Below, piece after piece: positions 8,910-17,845 of a stretch of 64,000 nucleotides of DNA. Where the stretch lies: the NCBI GenBank assembly GCA_016190925.1, contig JACPPQ010000109.1:1614-65613 (forward strand), read 5' to 3'. The position numbers and the translations under genes were made by a program. Each line of letters opens with the position of its first letter. Position 1 is the stretch's first letter. The notes beneath the pieces were generated by a model, which did not search any database, was not told where the DNA came from, and saw nothing but the letters and a program-made list of their open reading frames with translations. The stretch comes from Chloroflexota bacterium. GTDB lineage: Bacteria > Chloroflexota > Dehalococcoidia > Dehalococcoidales > JACPPQ01.

Positions 8910-9017
8910 TGTAGGCAAAGTAAGGTGGGGAACAATGGTATTAACCCTACAATAATTTACGCCGATGTCTGGCAGATAATCAGTGGTCAAAGAGGTTACT
9001 TTAAGGTACTAAGCATT
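8910..9017 (+). promoter_or_regulatory. Conserved TGTAGG-box upstream element, copy b
   Basis: The sequence is TGTAGGCAAAGTAAGGTGGGGAACAATGGTATTAACCCTACAATAATTTACGCCGATGTCTGGCAGATAATCAGTGGTCAAAGAGGTTACTTTAAGGTACTAAGCATT. TGTAGG at 8910..8915 can pair with CCTACA at 8946..8951. Confidence 0.7.
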
Positions 9018-9094
9018 GGGAATATGAGATATTCTGGTCGGAATACCAGGCTGGATTATTATCCCAGGCAGAACAAAGGAAGGAGAATCGAGTT

Positions 9095-10279
9095 ATGAGA
9101 ACGAGAATAAGGACAATCCTCATCGCGTGTTTGGGACTGGTTGTAACGGGAGTGCTTCTGGCAGGGTGTGCCGCGCCAGCCCCAACTCCAACTCCCGCAC
9201 CCGCGCCCAAACCTGCGCCTACGACTGCACCGGCGCCAGCAACTACACCCAAACCTCCGGCACCTGCACCTCCGGCCACACCAAAACCCACTCCACCGCC
9301 AGCCCCGGCACCGGTAAGCGCAGCAGAGTTTTACCGGAATAATCCTGCAACTATTTATGTTGGCTATGGGGCTGGTGGTGGGGCCGACTATGCTACCCGC
9401 ACGTTCGCTTCTTTCTGGAAAGAGGTCACCGGCGGTACCATGGTGGCCAAGAATATGGAAGGTGCATCTGGGATGGCATTGGCCAATTGGATGTACAAAA
9501 CGGCCAAACCGGATGGTCTTACCATAGGGCTACTATATAGCGGCGCCTCTTTGACAGGCCCGGTGCTTTTCGCAAAGTCCGGTGTCGAGTTCGACCTGCA
9601 GAAATTCATATATATCGGCTCGTTTTATCAGGATATGCCCGGGCTTGCCATCAGCACTAAGCTGCCATATACCTCCCTGGATGAGTTGCGGAAAGTTAAA
9701 GGTCTGAAAATCGGGACTGTGGCGTTAAGAGACATAAACGCGCTGGCGGCAGCCCTGGCCATTGAGTTTCTTGGTCTGCAGGATGCCAGGATTGTTGCCG
9801 GCTACTCCGGTACGCCGGAGATGTTTCTGGCTGTGGGCAGGGGTGAGATAGATGCCGTTTCATATACCGCCGCTACAATTCTGCGTGAGCGTGGAGCCGG
9901 GACGGGATATTTTAAGCCAATATGGGTCGTGATGGCTGAGCAAAGGTCTCCGGCTTTCCCCGATGCACCAACGCTTGGCGAGTTAGTAAAGATCTCCCCA
10001 TCGGACGCACCATTGTTAGAACTCCTGTCAGCTATGGCATCGTATCCGGTAATCTTTGCCCCGCCAGGGGTACCCCAGGACCGGGTTGAATTTCTACGCG
10101 CTACTTTTGACAAAATGTTTTCCAATGAAACCTTTGTGCAACAGATGAAGAAGAATTTTCCGGTGTGGACTAAGCCTGTTAGCGGGGTAAACGAGACTAA
10201 AAACATTGAGCGTGTACTAAAGGTATCCAAGGTTGACATAGACAGAGGAAACGCTTTGATAGACAAATACTCACGCTGA
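9095..10279 (+). CDS. tctC: Tripartite tricarboxylate transporter substrate-binding lipoprotein (TctC/Bug family)
   Basis: This 394-aa ORF has lipobox LLAGC followed by a ~50-aa Pro/Ala/Thr linker. The mature part contains GYGAGGGADYATR...NMEGASGMALANW...KPDGLTIG, which is typical of Bug/TctC proteins. Confidence 0.85.
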   Translation: MRTRIRTILIACLGLVVTGVLLAGCAAPAPTPTPAPAPKPAPTTAPAPATTPKPPAPAPPATPKPTPPPAPAPVSAAEFYRNNPATIYVGYGAGGGADYATRTFASFWKEVTGGTMVAKNMEGASGMALANWMYKTAKPDGLTIGLLYSGASLTGPVLFAKSGVEFDLQKFIYIGSFYQDMPGLAISTKLPYTSLDELRKVKGLKIGTVALRDINALAAALAIEFLGLQDARIVAGYSGTPEMFLAVGRGEIDAVSYTAATILRERGAGTGYFKPIWVVMAEQRSPAFPDAPTLGELVKISPSDAPLLELLSAMASYPVIFAPPGVPQDRVEFLRATFDKMFSNETFVQQMKKNFPVWTKPVSGVNETKNIERVLKVSKVDIDRGNALIDKYSR

Positions 10280-10384
10280 CAACTAAGGCGTCTACTCCCG
10301 GCCGAAAGCATATCTTCTGAGTAAGGGGATGCCCTCGGTAAGATTGTCCAGGGCATCCCCTGGAGCAGGGTGAGGTAAGAGCGG

Positions 10385-11899
10385 ATGGCAGTAGAGGCTT
10401 TTCTTCAAGCCTTACAAAATTTCAGGGATTTAGACCTCCTTCTTTTCATGTTCGTCGGGTCAATTATCGGAATCGTATTTGGCCTTATTCCGGCTATTGG
10501 CAGTCTGACGGCGATGGCTCTCATTATACCCTTCACCTTCATGATGCCGCCGATGAATGCCATCCCCCTTTTGCTTGCGTTAACCAGCGGCGCCATTACT
10601 GCCGGCTCAATAACCTCTATTTTGCTCAATATCCCCGGAACGGGTGTCAATGTGGCAACTCTTATCGATGGTTTTCCGATGAACCAGAAAGGTCAAGCTG
10701 GACGTGCCTTAGGAGCAGCTCTGGTGAGTTCTGGAATGGGCGGGGTTTTTTCCGTATTTCTGGCCTTTGCCATAATACCGCTCGTATTGCCTATGGTGAT
10801 GGCGCTCCGTTCAGCAGATATGGTCTTCGTGATACTCTTGGGAATAACCTTTATCGGTGTTCTTGGGACAGGCTCCACACTCAAAGGTCTAATCAGCGGA
10901 GGAATCGGGCTGCTAATTTCTTTCATTGGATATCAAGCGTCAACAGGAGCGTCACGCTTCACCTTCGGAGCTAACTATCTGTATGATGGTATCCCCTTGC
11001 TCCCTGTGATTTTAGGCATATTCGGCTTGCCGGAAATGATTACTCTGGCAGCAAAAGGTGGCGCCATCGCTAAAGCAGGAGCCAACGTTAAAGGAGTGCG
11101 AGATATATTTGAAGGAGGGAAGGACGTATTTCGCCACTTTTTCTTGTGGATGCGTAGCACTATTTTAGGTTACATTATCGGCATCGTTCCGGGTGTGGGA
11201 GCGTCGGTAGCCCAGTTCGTAGCTTATGGGCAAGCACGGCAGACTTCAAGACATCCTCAGAAGTTCGGTACTGGCACTGTCGAAGGTGTTATTGCTCCGG
11301 AAAGCGCCAATAATGCGGTTCAGGGCGGGGCATTATTAACCATGCTGGCATTGGGTATACCGGGAAGCCCTGATACGGCGATTCTATTGGGCGCGTTACT
11401 ATTGATGAATGTTATACCCGGTCCACAAATGATGACCGCTCAGCTTGACCTATCGCTTACGCTTTTGTTAATCGTTATCGGCGCTAACATTATAGCTGCG
11501 AGCGTTTGTCTGATACTGGCACCAAATCTGGCTAAAGTAGCGTATATTCCTGGTCGTATTCTCGTTCCTTTGGTGATAGCAATAATATTCATCGGGGCTT
11601 ATGTTCATCGGGAGTCACTTAATGATGTGGTTGTAACCATCGCTTTCGGCATAGTTGGATTAGCGATGAGGAATTTTGGTTTTAGCAGACCCTCACTGTT
11701 ATTGGGCCTTATCCTGGGAACTCTGTTCGAGCACTATCTTTTCCTTGCGCTTGCAGCATCTGGCCCGCTATTCTTCGTGAGACCTATCAGCCTGGTTCTA
11801 ATTGTTATTAGTATAGCTGCTATTTTCCAGGGACAAATAAGAGGCCTGTTCGGAAATCGATTTAGAAGGCAAGCTAAGACGTATGAAACTAAAGGGTAG
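10385..11899 (+). CDS. tctA: Tripartite tricarboxylate transporter large permease (TctA family)
   Basis: This is a 504-aa polytopic ORF placed between tctC and a small four-helix ORF. Length and hydrophobic pattern fit TctA. Confidence 0.85.
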   Translation: MAVEAFLQALQNFRDLDLLLFMFVGSIIGIVFGLIPAIGSLTAMALIIPFTFMMPPMNAIPLLLALTSGAITAGSITSILLNIPGTGVNVATLIDGFPMNQKGQAGRALGAALVSSGMGGVFSVFLAFAIIPLVLPMVMALRSADMVFVILLGITFIGVLGTGSTLKGLISGGIGLLISFIGYQASTGASRFTFGANYLYDGIPLLPVILGIFGLPEMITLAAKGGAIAKAGANVKGVRDIFEGGKDVFRHFFLWMRSTILGYIIGIVPGVGASVAQFVAYGQARQTSRHPQKFGTGTVEGVIAPESANNAVQGGALLTMLALGIPGSPDTAILLGALLLMNVIPGPQMMTAQLDLSLTLLLIVIGANIIAASVCLILAPNLAKVAYIPGRILVPLVIAIIFIGAYVHRESLNDVVVTIAFGIVGLAMRNFGFSRPSLLLGLILGTLFEHYLFLALAASGPLFFVRPISLVLIVISIAAIFQGQIRGLFGNRFRRQAKTYETKG

Positions 11900-12347
11900 C
11901 TCATATTGCTATATCGGGGTTATGGGCATTGCTGCGGCAGTCATAATTCTGGCGTTGCCTATGGAATCCTTGAAGCCCAAATTGCTTCCTTTAATTTTAG
12001 GAGGCATCGTTTTTGTTCTATCGGCAGCAGGTCTCTGGCGGGACCTTTTTGTGCAAAACAATAAACCCGATGGTGAGACAAAAAAGGATGTCGATTCGGA
12101 AGTCGCCGATGCAAGATTGGGCGGCTATTTAGCCATCGGAGTATGGATAGCGGGCTTTTTCCTGGCCATTTATTTGGTCGGTTTTACCATAGCTACTCTA
12201 TTGTTCGTCCTGGCCTATATTAAAGCGCACGGCGCGAAATGGCTAACCGCTATTATCTTTACCATTATTACTTTAGCTGTTGTATATGGTGTATTCGAGG
12301 TAGTTTTGAAAATGAGCTTATATAAAGGACTATTTTTTGCTTTTTAG
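11883..12347 (+). CDS. tctB: Tripartite tricarboxylate transporter small subunit (TctB family)
   Basis: This 154-aa ORF has about four hydrophobic helices and overlaps the tctA end by 17 nt. The C-A-B gene order differs from the usual C-B-A. Confidence 0.7.
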   Translation: MKLKGSSYCYIGVMGIAAAVIILALPMESLKPKLLPLILGGIVFVLSAAGLWRDLFVQNNKPDGETKKDVDSEVADARLGGYLAIGVWIAGFFLAIYLVGFTIATLLFVLAYIKAHGAKWLTAIIFTIITLAVVYGVFEVVLKMSLYKGLFFAF

Positions 12348-12426
12348 TTATGGTACTGGATGAGTCTGCTGAAAACCTTGAGCTTCGGGTAAAAACATAA
12401 ATTTATTGTAATAAGGAGAACAAACG

Positions 12427-14037
12427 ATGGCATACTACAGGGACTTGAGAGAATACCTTAAAGTCCTGGAATCCAAAGGAAAGCTTGTCAGGATAAACCG
12501 GGAGATAAACAAGGATACCGAGCTTATGCCATTGGTCAGATGGCAATTTCGTGGGCTTCCAGAGGAGCAAAGGAAAGCCTTCATCTTCGATAATGTGAAA
12601 GATGCAAAGGGGAAAAAGTACGATATGCCGGTAGTGGTGGCCGCTCATGCTCCATCCAGAGAGGTCTACGCACTGGCCATGATGTGCGCGCCTGACAAGA
12701 TTATTGAGCGCTGGACGGAGGGCCAGCTTCATCCCATAGAACCTGTAGTGATAGAGAGCGGGCCAGTCCATGAGAATATTCATCAGGGTGACGAGCTTAT
12801 TACATGGGGTGGTCTGGGACACCTCCCGGTACCCATTTCAACGCCAGGATTCGATAACGCTCCTTATTTGACTTGCTCCAACTGGGTAAGCAAAGACCCG
12901 GACACTGGCATAAGGAACATGGGCATTTACCGGGGTATGTTGAAAAGCGCTACCAGGCTGGGGATACAGTGCGACCAGGGTAAGCATCTGCGCATACACT
13001 GGGAAAAGTGCCGGAACAAAGGGATTCCATTGCAGGTTGCGGTAGTTGTCGGGGCGAGCCCTAACCTGGGATTTGTTGGAGCGGCACATATACCGTACGG
13101 TGTGGATGAATTCGCAATCGCCGGTGGCCTCAGCGGAGAACCGATTAAGCTGGTAAAGTGCAAGACGGTGAACATCGAGGTCCCCGCTACGGCAGAGATA
13201 GTCATAGAGGGTGAAATGCCTACGGATTCTATGGAGAAAGAGGGACCCTTCGGAGAGTTCACCGGCTATATGGGAGCCGAGGGGGTCTACCCCTATTTCA
13301 ACGTCAAGTGCATTACGCATCGTAACGATGCAATTTACACGGCCTTTATCAGCCAATTTGCACCGAGCGAGAGCAGCAAGCTGAGGCAAATTTCCCAGGA
13401 AGGTGTCTGGTATAAGCTCCTGAAGCATGACTTGAATAATCCGGGCGTACTGAGATGTGCCTTTCACGAGAACGCCAGCGGGAGTTCCGCTGCCCTCCTT
13501 GTGATACAGCTCAAGAAAGCGCATCCCTTCGATGCATGGCATGCCCTGGACGGGGCGGCTGCCTTCACCCAGAGCTGGCCCAGGATAATAATAGCGGTTG
13601 ACGAAGACATCGACCCGGAGGATGCTGATTCGGTGAACTGGGCGCTCAGCTTCAGGATGGAACCACATAGAGATTTGCGCGTGGTTCAGGGGAAAGCCTA
13701 TAACCTGGACCAGGCGAGCAATCCGCCATGGACACCCCAGGCAGAAAGGTTTTACCCATCGCCGAACGGAAGCTCGGTCTTGTTGATAGATGCCACCAGA
13801 AAGTGGCCGTACCGGCCGGTTTCACTGCCCGCCAGGAAATTCATGGAAAGGGCAAAGCAAATCTGGGAAGAAGAAAAGCTTCCCAGGCTAATCCCACGGT
13901 CTCCCTGGTTTGGCTACTCACTGGGACAGTGGACTGATGAGAACAAGGAAGAGGCCGAGCTGGCCCTTAATGAAGAACACTACCAGACAGGCGAAAAGAT
14001 AGCCAGGCAAAGGACTCAGCTTGGCAACTCTGAATAA
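12427..14037 (+). CDS. UbiD-family decarboxylase/carboxylase, paralog 3 (long C-terminal tail)
   Basis: This 536-aa ORF has an AAGGAG ribosome-binding site. The N-terminus reads MAYYRDLREYLKVLESKGKL, and the motifs GIRNMGIYRGM and EGPFGEFTGYMG are present. Confidence 0.9.
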   Translation: MAYYRDLREYLKVLESKGKLVRINREINKDTELMPLVRWQFRGLPEEQRKAFIFDNVKDAKGKKYDMPVVVAAHAPSREVYALAMMCAPDKIIERWTEGQLHPIEPVVIESGPVHENIHQGDELITWGGLGHLPVPISTPGFDNAPYLTCSNWVSKDPDTGIRNMGIYRGMLKSATRLGIQCDQGKHLRIHWEKCRNKGIPLQVAVVVGASPNLGFVGAAHIPYGVDEFAIAGGLSGEPIKLVKCKTVNIEVPATAEIVIEGEMPTDSMEKEGPFGEFTGYMGAEGVYPYFNVKCITHRNDAIYTAFISQFAPSESSKLRQISQEGVWYKLLKHDLNNPGVLRCAFHENASGSSAALLVIQLKKAHPFDAWHALDGAAAFTQSWPRIIIAVDEDIDPEDADSVNWALSFRMEPHRDLRVVQGKAYNLDQASNPPWTPQAERFYPSPNGSSVLLIDATRKWPYRPVSLPARKFMERAKQIWEEEKLPRLIPRSPWFGYSLGQWTDENKEEAELALNEEHYQTGEKIARQRTQLGNSE

Positions 14038-14076
14038 CCAATAACCTGGACCCGACATTGTAATCCTTAAAATTGA

Positions 14077-14184
14077 TGTAGGCAAAGCAAGGTAGAAAAT
14101 AATAGTATTAGTCTTACATCAACTTACGCCGATGTCTGGTAGATAACGATAGTCAAAGAGATTAGTTTTAAGGTACTAAGCATT
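14077..14184 (+). promoter_or_regulatory. Conserved TGTAGG-box upstream element, copy c
   Basis: The sequence is TGTAGGCAAAGCAAGGTAGAAAATAATAGTATTAGTCTTACATCAACTTACGCCGATGTCTGGTAGATAACGATAGTCAAAGAGATTAGTTTTAAGGTACTAAGCATT. It is collinear with copy b up to the start codon of the next gene. Confidence 0.7.
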
Positions 14185-14256
14185 ATGGACATATCTCATT
14201 CGGATATAACCTGGAGAATATGAGACCCAGGTGCAGACACAGAAAGGAGAAATCGT

Positions 14257-15378
14257 ATGAAAAATGGAATAAAGACAATCTTCATCGTGTGTTTAGGTTT
14301 AATCACCACAGTAGCACTTCTTGCTGGATGTGCCGCACCAGCAACCACCCCTGCTCCCGCGCCTAAACCAGCACCTGCTCCGGCAACAACGGCTGCTCCA
14401 GCGCCGAAGCCTTCGCCCAGTCCGGCTCCCGGGCCAGCAACAGTTTGGACGTTTGCCATCCATAGAGGCACTAATTCTATGGAGCTGGCTTATACGCCAA
14501 ATCCACGCTTCCAGGACATGATAGCAAAAGCAACCGGTGGCCGGCTGAAACTCGATACCAAAGTGGAAATATTTCCGCCCAATGAGGTCATAAACGCGGT
14601 AATTGATGGGCGAATAGACATGGGATTGCAGAGACTGGATTATGTCTCCGGGACCTTCCCTCTTTGGGGTTTTGGCTCTCTTCCATTCTTCTTTTCAAAC
14701 TATCATTACGAATATGAAGCAGCACTAAACGACCCCCGCATGATTCAACTACTGCAGAAAAGCTATGGAGAATCCGGCCTGTTTTATCTATTTGACACTT
14801 CTGGCACCGGAATCGAATCCATTTGGTCCAAAAAGCCTATCGCTACGCTCGACGATCTCAAGGGCGTTAAAGTAAGGGCCTCCGGCTTGCTTACCACAAG
14901 GGCGTTACAGCTTCTGGGTGCGGCACCCTTAACCACAGCCCCGGGAGAAATAGTCGATGCAATGCAAAAGGGACTGGTTGATGCTGTAGCTTCGGGCATG
15001 GGATTCGGTCTCTTCCTGGGGCTGGCCGATGTTTCCAAGTATGTTAATTCCTGGCCGATAACCGAAGTGTTTCCGGGTTCTGTGGTAGTCAACATGAAAA
15101 AATGGAATGCCTTACCCGATGACCTGAAGCAGATAGTAATCAATGTGGCGAAAGAGGTACAGGGGCAGGTAGTTCTTGCTGTTGATGTTGAATGGAGGAA
15201 GACCCTCGCTAGCCTTCAGGCTGCGAAAATGCAGGTCATAATACCTGACAAAGCCCACATACAAAAAGCGAGAGAGCTTACTAAACCTGCAATTGATGAG
15301 TGGGTTAAGTTGGCTGGTCCTTACGCCCCAGAGCTCCTAAGCATTGCTTCGCAATATGCCAGTGGGGCGAAAAAATAG
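14257..15378 (+). CDS. Orphan TRAP-type (DctP-like) substrate-binding lipoprotein
   Basis: This 373-aa ORF has lipobox LLAGC and a Pro/Ala linker. The mature domain contains GGRLKLDTKVEIFPPNE...GRIDMG...GSLPFFF, which is DctP-like. No dctQM genes are adjacent. Confidence 0.75.
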   Translation: MKNGIKTIFIVCLGLITTVALLAGCAAPATTPAPAPKPAPAPATTAAPAPKPSPSPAPGPATVWTFAIHRGTNSMELAYTPNPRFQDMIAKATGGRLKLDTKVEIFPPNEVINAVIDGRIDMGLQRLDYVSGTFPLWGFGSLPFFFSNYHYEYEAALNDPRMIQLLQKSYGESGLFYLFDTSGTGIESIWSKKPIATLDDLKGVKVRASGLLTTRALQLLGAAPLTTAPGEIVDAMQKGLVDAVASGMGFGLFLGLADVSKYVNSWPITEVFPGSVVVNMKKWNALPDDLKQIVINVAKEVQGQVVLAVDVEWRKTLASLQAAKMQVIIPDKAHIQKARELTKPAIDEWVKLAGPYAPELLSIASQYASGAKK

Positions 15379-15391
15379 TGAAAAAGGAAAC

Positions 15392-15457
15392 ACATCAGGC
15401 CGCATCTCGATACCTTGTAAAAAGCAACTTTTCAGGGTGGTTGGTGCGGCCTGATGT
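15392..15457 (+). terminator. 13-bp perfect inverted repeat downstream of the binding-protein gene (possible terminator or processing structure)
   Basis: ACATCAGGCCGCA at 15392..15404 pairs with TGCGGCCTGATGT at 15445..15457, followed by CCATCTTTCC. The 40-nt loop is long for a classical intrinsic terminator. Confidence 0.35.
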
Positions 15458-15742
15458 CCATCTTTCCAAGTTGTCCGGGATAAGTCAAATTAAGCAGGGC
15501 AAATACTGAGAGAGCGGCAGAATTCAATTATGTTTGCTCTCGGCGTTTCTTACCGCTTACCCGCTTCTTCCAAAGGTGTTTAGCTAGAAAAGCTCTCCGG
15601 ATTGATAGCTGTTGGGAGAAATGAGGTTTGAAAAAGAGAAATTCTGGACACGTCCCTGGATTGTTCCCCGTAGAAATCTCCATACTTAAAAGCAAGGGAT
15701 AACTATGAAAAGGATGATGCACCGGCACACGAGGGAGGTACA

Positions 15743-17842
15743 GTGGCATATATAATAGGAATTGATACCGGAGGGACTTTCACGGATATAGTGGTCTTGA
15801 GTGAAGATGATGGAAAAGTCACAACTGACAAAGCTCCATCAACACCAAGGGATTTTTCTATCGGGGTGATAGATGCGGTCGAAAACGCAGCCCGGCAGCT
15901 CGGTATGTCCGGATTCCAACTTCTGAATAATACGGCTATCTTTGCTATTGGCACGACAGTAGCAACTAATATGTTGTTGACACACACGGGTACAAAAACC
16001 GGTCACATCACCACTAAAGGGTTTGAAGATACATTACTCATCGGCAGGGTAAATCAGAAGATAGCCGGGCTGAGTGGTATCGATGTCCTGGACCTGGCCC
16101 GTTTAGACAAAGCAAGGCCTGTTATTCCCAGAAATCTGATTAAAGGGGTGACCGAACGAATTGATTATAAGGGGGAGGTTATTGTCCCGCTGGTTTACCA
16201 GGAGACTGCACAGGTTGTCAGGGACCTGGTCGAAAAAGAACATGTGGAGGCGATTGCCGTTGTTCTCCTGTGGTCATTTATGAATCCAGAGCACGAGCAG
16301 GAAATCAAAAAGATTATCAATCAAATGTACCCGCAAATCTATGTCACCATATCAAGCGAACTGGTGCCCAAAATAAAGGAATATGAAAGAGCCGCTACAA
16401 CGTCAATCAATGCTTACGTAGGGAAAGGCACATCAAGGTATATCTCATCATTGGGAACGAGACTAAAGGAGAATGGCCTCAAGTTGCCTCCTATGATAAT
16501 GCAGAATATGGGCGGCTTTACAACCGCTGACGAAGCATGCAGGAAACCCGTTCTTACCTGCAATTCAGGACCAGCAGGTGGCGTGGTCGGCGCTCAGGCT
16601 CTGGCAAATCTCTTGGGCTATAAAAACATCATAACTACCGATATGGGTGGTACCAGTTTTGACGTAGGACTGGTGGTTAACGGAGTTTCCCAGTTTGCCA
16701 GTCAATTAATACTTGATAAATACGTCACTTTAAATCCAACCATCGATGTAACCTCCATTGGTGCTGGCTCGGGAAGTATTGCCTGGATAGAGCCGGATAC
16801 CGGCCTGTTAAAAGTCGGTCCGCAAAGCGCCGCAGCTGACCCGGGCCCTGTTTGTTATGAAAAAGGGGGGACAGAACCAACGGTAACAGACGCCAATATT
16901 GTGTTAGGCAGGTATCCCGGCCACCTCCTTGGGGGAAAAATCAAACTTAATAAAGAGAAATCATTCTCAGCTATTAAAACAAAGATTGCCGACCCATTAA
17001 AAATGGACGTTGCAACGGCGGCCATCAGCATCATCGATATAGTGGACTCGCACATGGCGGACTTGATAAGAAAGGTCACTGTAGCGAAAGGCTATGACCC
17101 TGGCGATTTTGTCATTTTTTCCTTTGGAGGAGCTGGAGCCGCCCATGTTGGCTCATATGGGTATGTGGGTTCGAAGACAGCAATCATACCTAACTTCGCG
17201 TCAGAATTCTCCGCATTTGGGATATGTTCATCTGATGTTATTCACATTAATGAGCTATCGGAGCCTATGCGATACCCGTTCGGCACGGAACGAATTACTG
17301 CAATTTATCAAGACCTGGAGAACAAGGCGCTTAAAGACTTTCAAGCAGAAGGGTTTAGCCGAGAGAACATACTTTTGACTCGTTTGGTTGATTTAAGGTA
17401 CATCGGCCAAATACAAGAGATGGCAACACGTGTTCCCGCCGGCGATTTGAATCATCAAGACATGGAAAGGGTCATCGATGAATTTGAAGCAGCATATGAA
17501 CTGAAATACGGGAAAGGCTCGGCCTATAAGATAGCGGGAATCGAGGCGACAACGTACCGAGTCCACGGAGTAGGCAAAATAATCAAGCCATCTCCGAAAA
17601 AACGCAGACGAGGTCCCGCTAATTCATCAGCGGCTATAAAAGAGAAACGGGACGTTTATTTCAGAGAATGCGACGGTTTTCGTCTTATCAATGTATATGA
17701 CCGGGGGAAACTACAACCTGGCAATATTGTGGAAGGGCCTGCCATTATAGAGGCGGTTGATACCACAGTGGTCGTTCATCCCGGGCAGACCGTTAAGTTA
17801 GATGGATATTCCAACATGATAATGCAACTGAGTCAGGGGTGA
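15743..17842 (+). CDS. Hydantoinase/oxoprolinase A family subunit (HyuA; acetone/acetophenone carboxylase beta-like)
   Basis: This 699-aa ORF starts with GTG after GAGGGAGG. The N-terminus IGIDTGGTFTD is the hallmark of the HyuA ATPase fold. Confidence 0.9.
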   Translation: MAYIIGIDTGGTFTDIVVLSEDDGKVTTDKAPSTPRDFSIGVIDAVENAARQLGMSGFQLLNNTAIFAIGTTVATNMLLTHTGTKTGHITTKGFEDTLLIGRVNQKIAGLSGIDVLDLARLDKARPVIPRNLIKGVTERIDYKGEVIVPLVYQETAQVVRDLVEKEHVEAIAVVLLWSFMNPEHEQEIKKIINQMYPQIYVTISSELVPKIKEYERAATTSINAYVGKGTSRYISSLGTRLKENGLKLPPMIMQNMGGFTTADEACRKPVLTCNSGPAGGVVGAQALANLLGYKNIITTDMGGTSFDVGLVVNGVSQFASQLILDKYVTLNPTIDVTSIGAGSGSIAWIEPDTGLLKVGPQSAAADPGPVCYEKGGTEPTVTDANIVLGRYPGHLLGGKIKLNKEKSFSAIKTKIADPLKMDVATAAISIIDIVDSHMADLIRKVTVAKGYDPGDFVIFSFGGAGAAHVGSYGYVGSKTAIIPNFASEFSAFGICSSDVIHINELSEPMRYPFGTERITAIYQDLENKALKDFQAEGFSRENILLTRLVDLRYIGQIQEMATRVPAGDLNHQDMERVIDEFEAAYELKYGKGSAYKIAGIEATTYRVHGVGKIIKPSPKKRRRGPANSSAAIKEKRDVYFRECDGFRLINVYDRGKLQPGNIVEGPAIIEAVDTTVVVHPGQTVKLDGYSNMIMQLSQG

Positions 17843-17845
17843 GAA

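Noticed and set aside
8970-8986. TGGCAGATAATCAGTGG within the TGTAGG-box element, considered as a sigma-54 (-24/-12) promoter.
   Set aside because: The GG is present, but the position that should carry GC (TTGC) reads GT in copy b and TA in copy c. The -12 element is not conserved.
7281-9017. Inverted TGTAGG-box copies a and b flanking the MFS gene, considered as a composite transposon.
   Set aside because: There is no transposase and I could see no target-site duplication. Each copy sits at a fixed distance upstream of an outward-facing operon start, which fits divergent regulated promoters better.
9001-9291. 96-aa Gly/Ala-rich ORF on the minus strand. Similar ORFs occur at 14196..14471(-), 4423..4944(+) and 55093..55638(+).
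   Set aside because: Each lies exactly antisense to the Pro/Ala/Thr linker of a binding-protein gene. They are low-complexity shadow ORFs with no ribosome-binding site.
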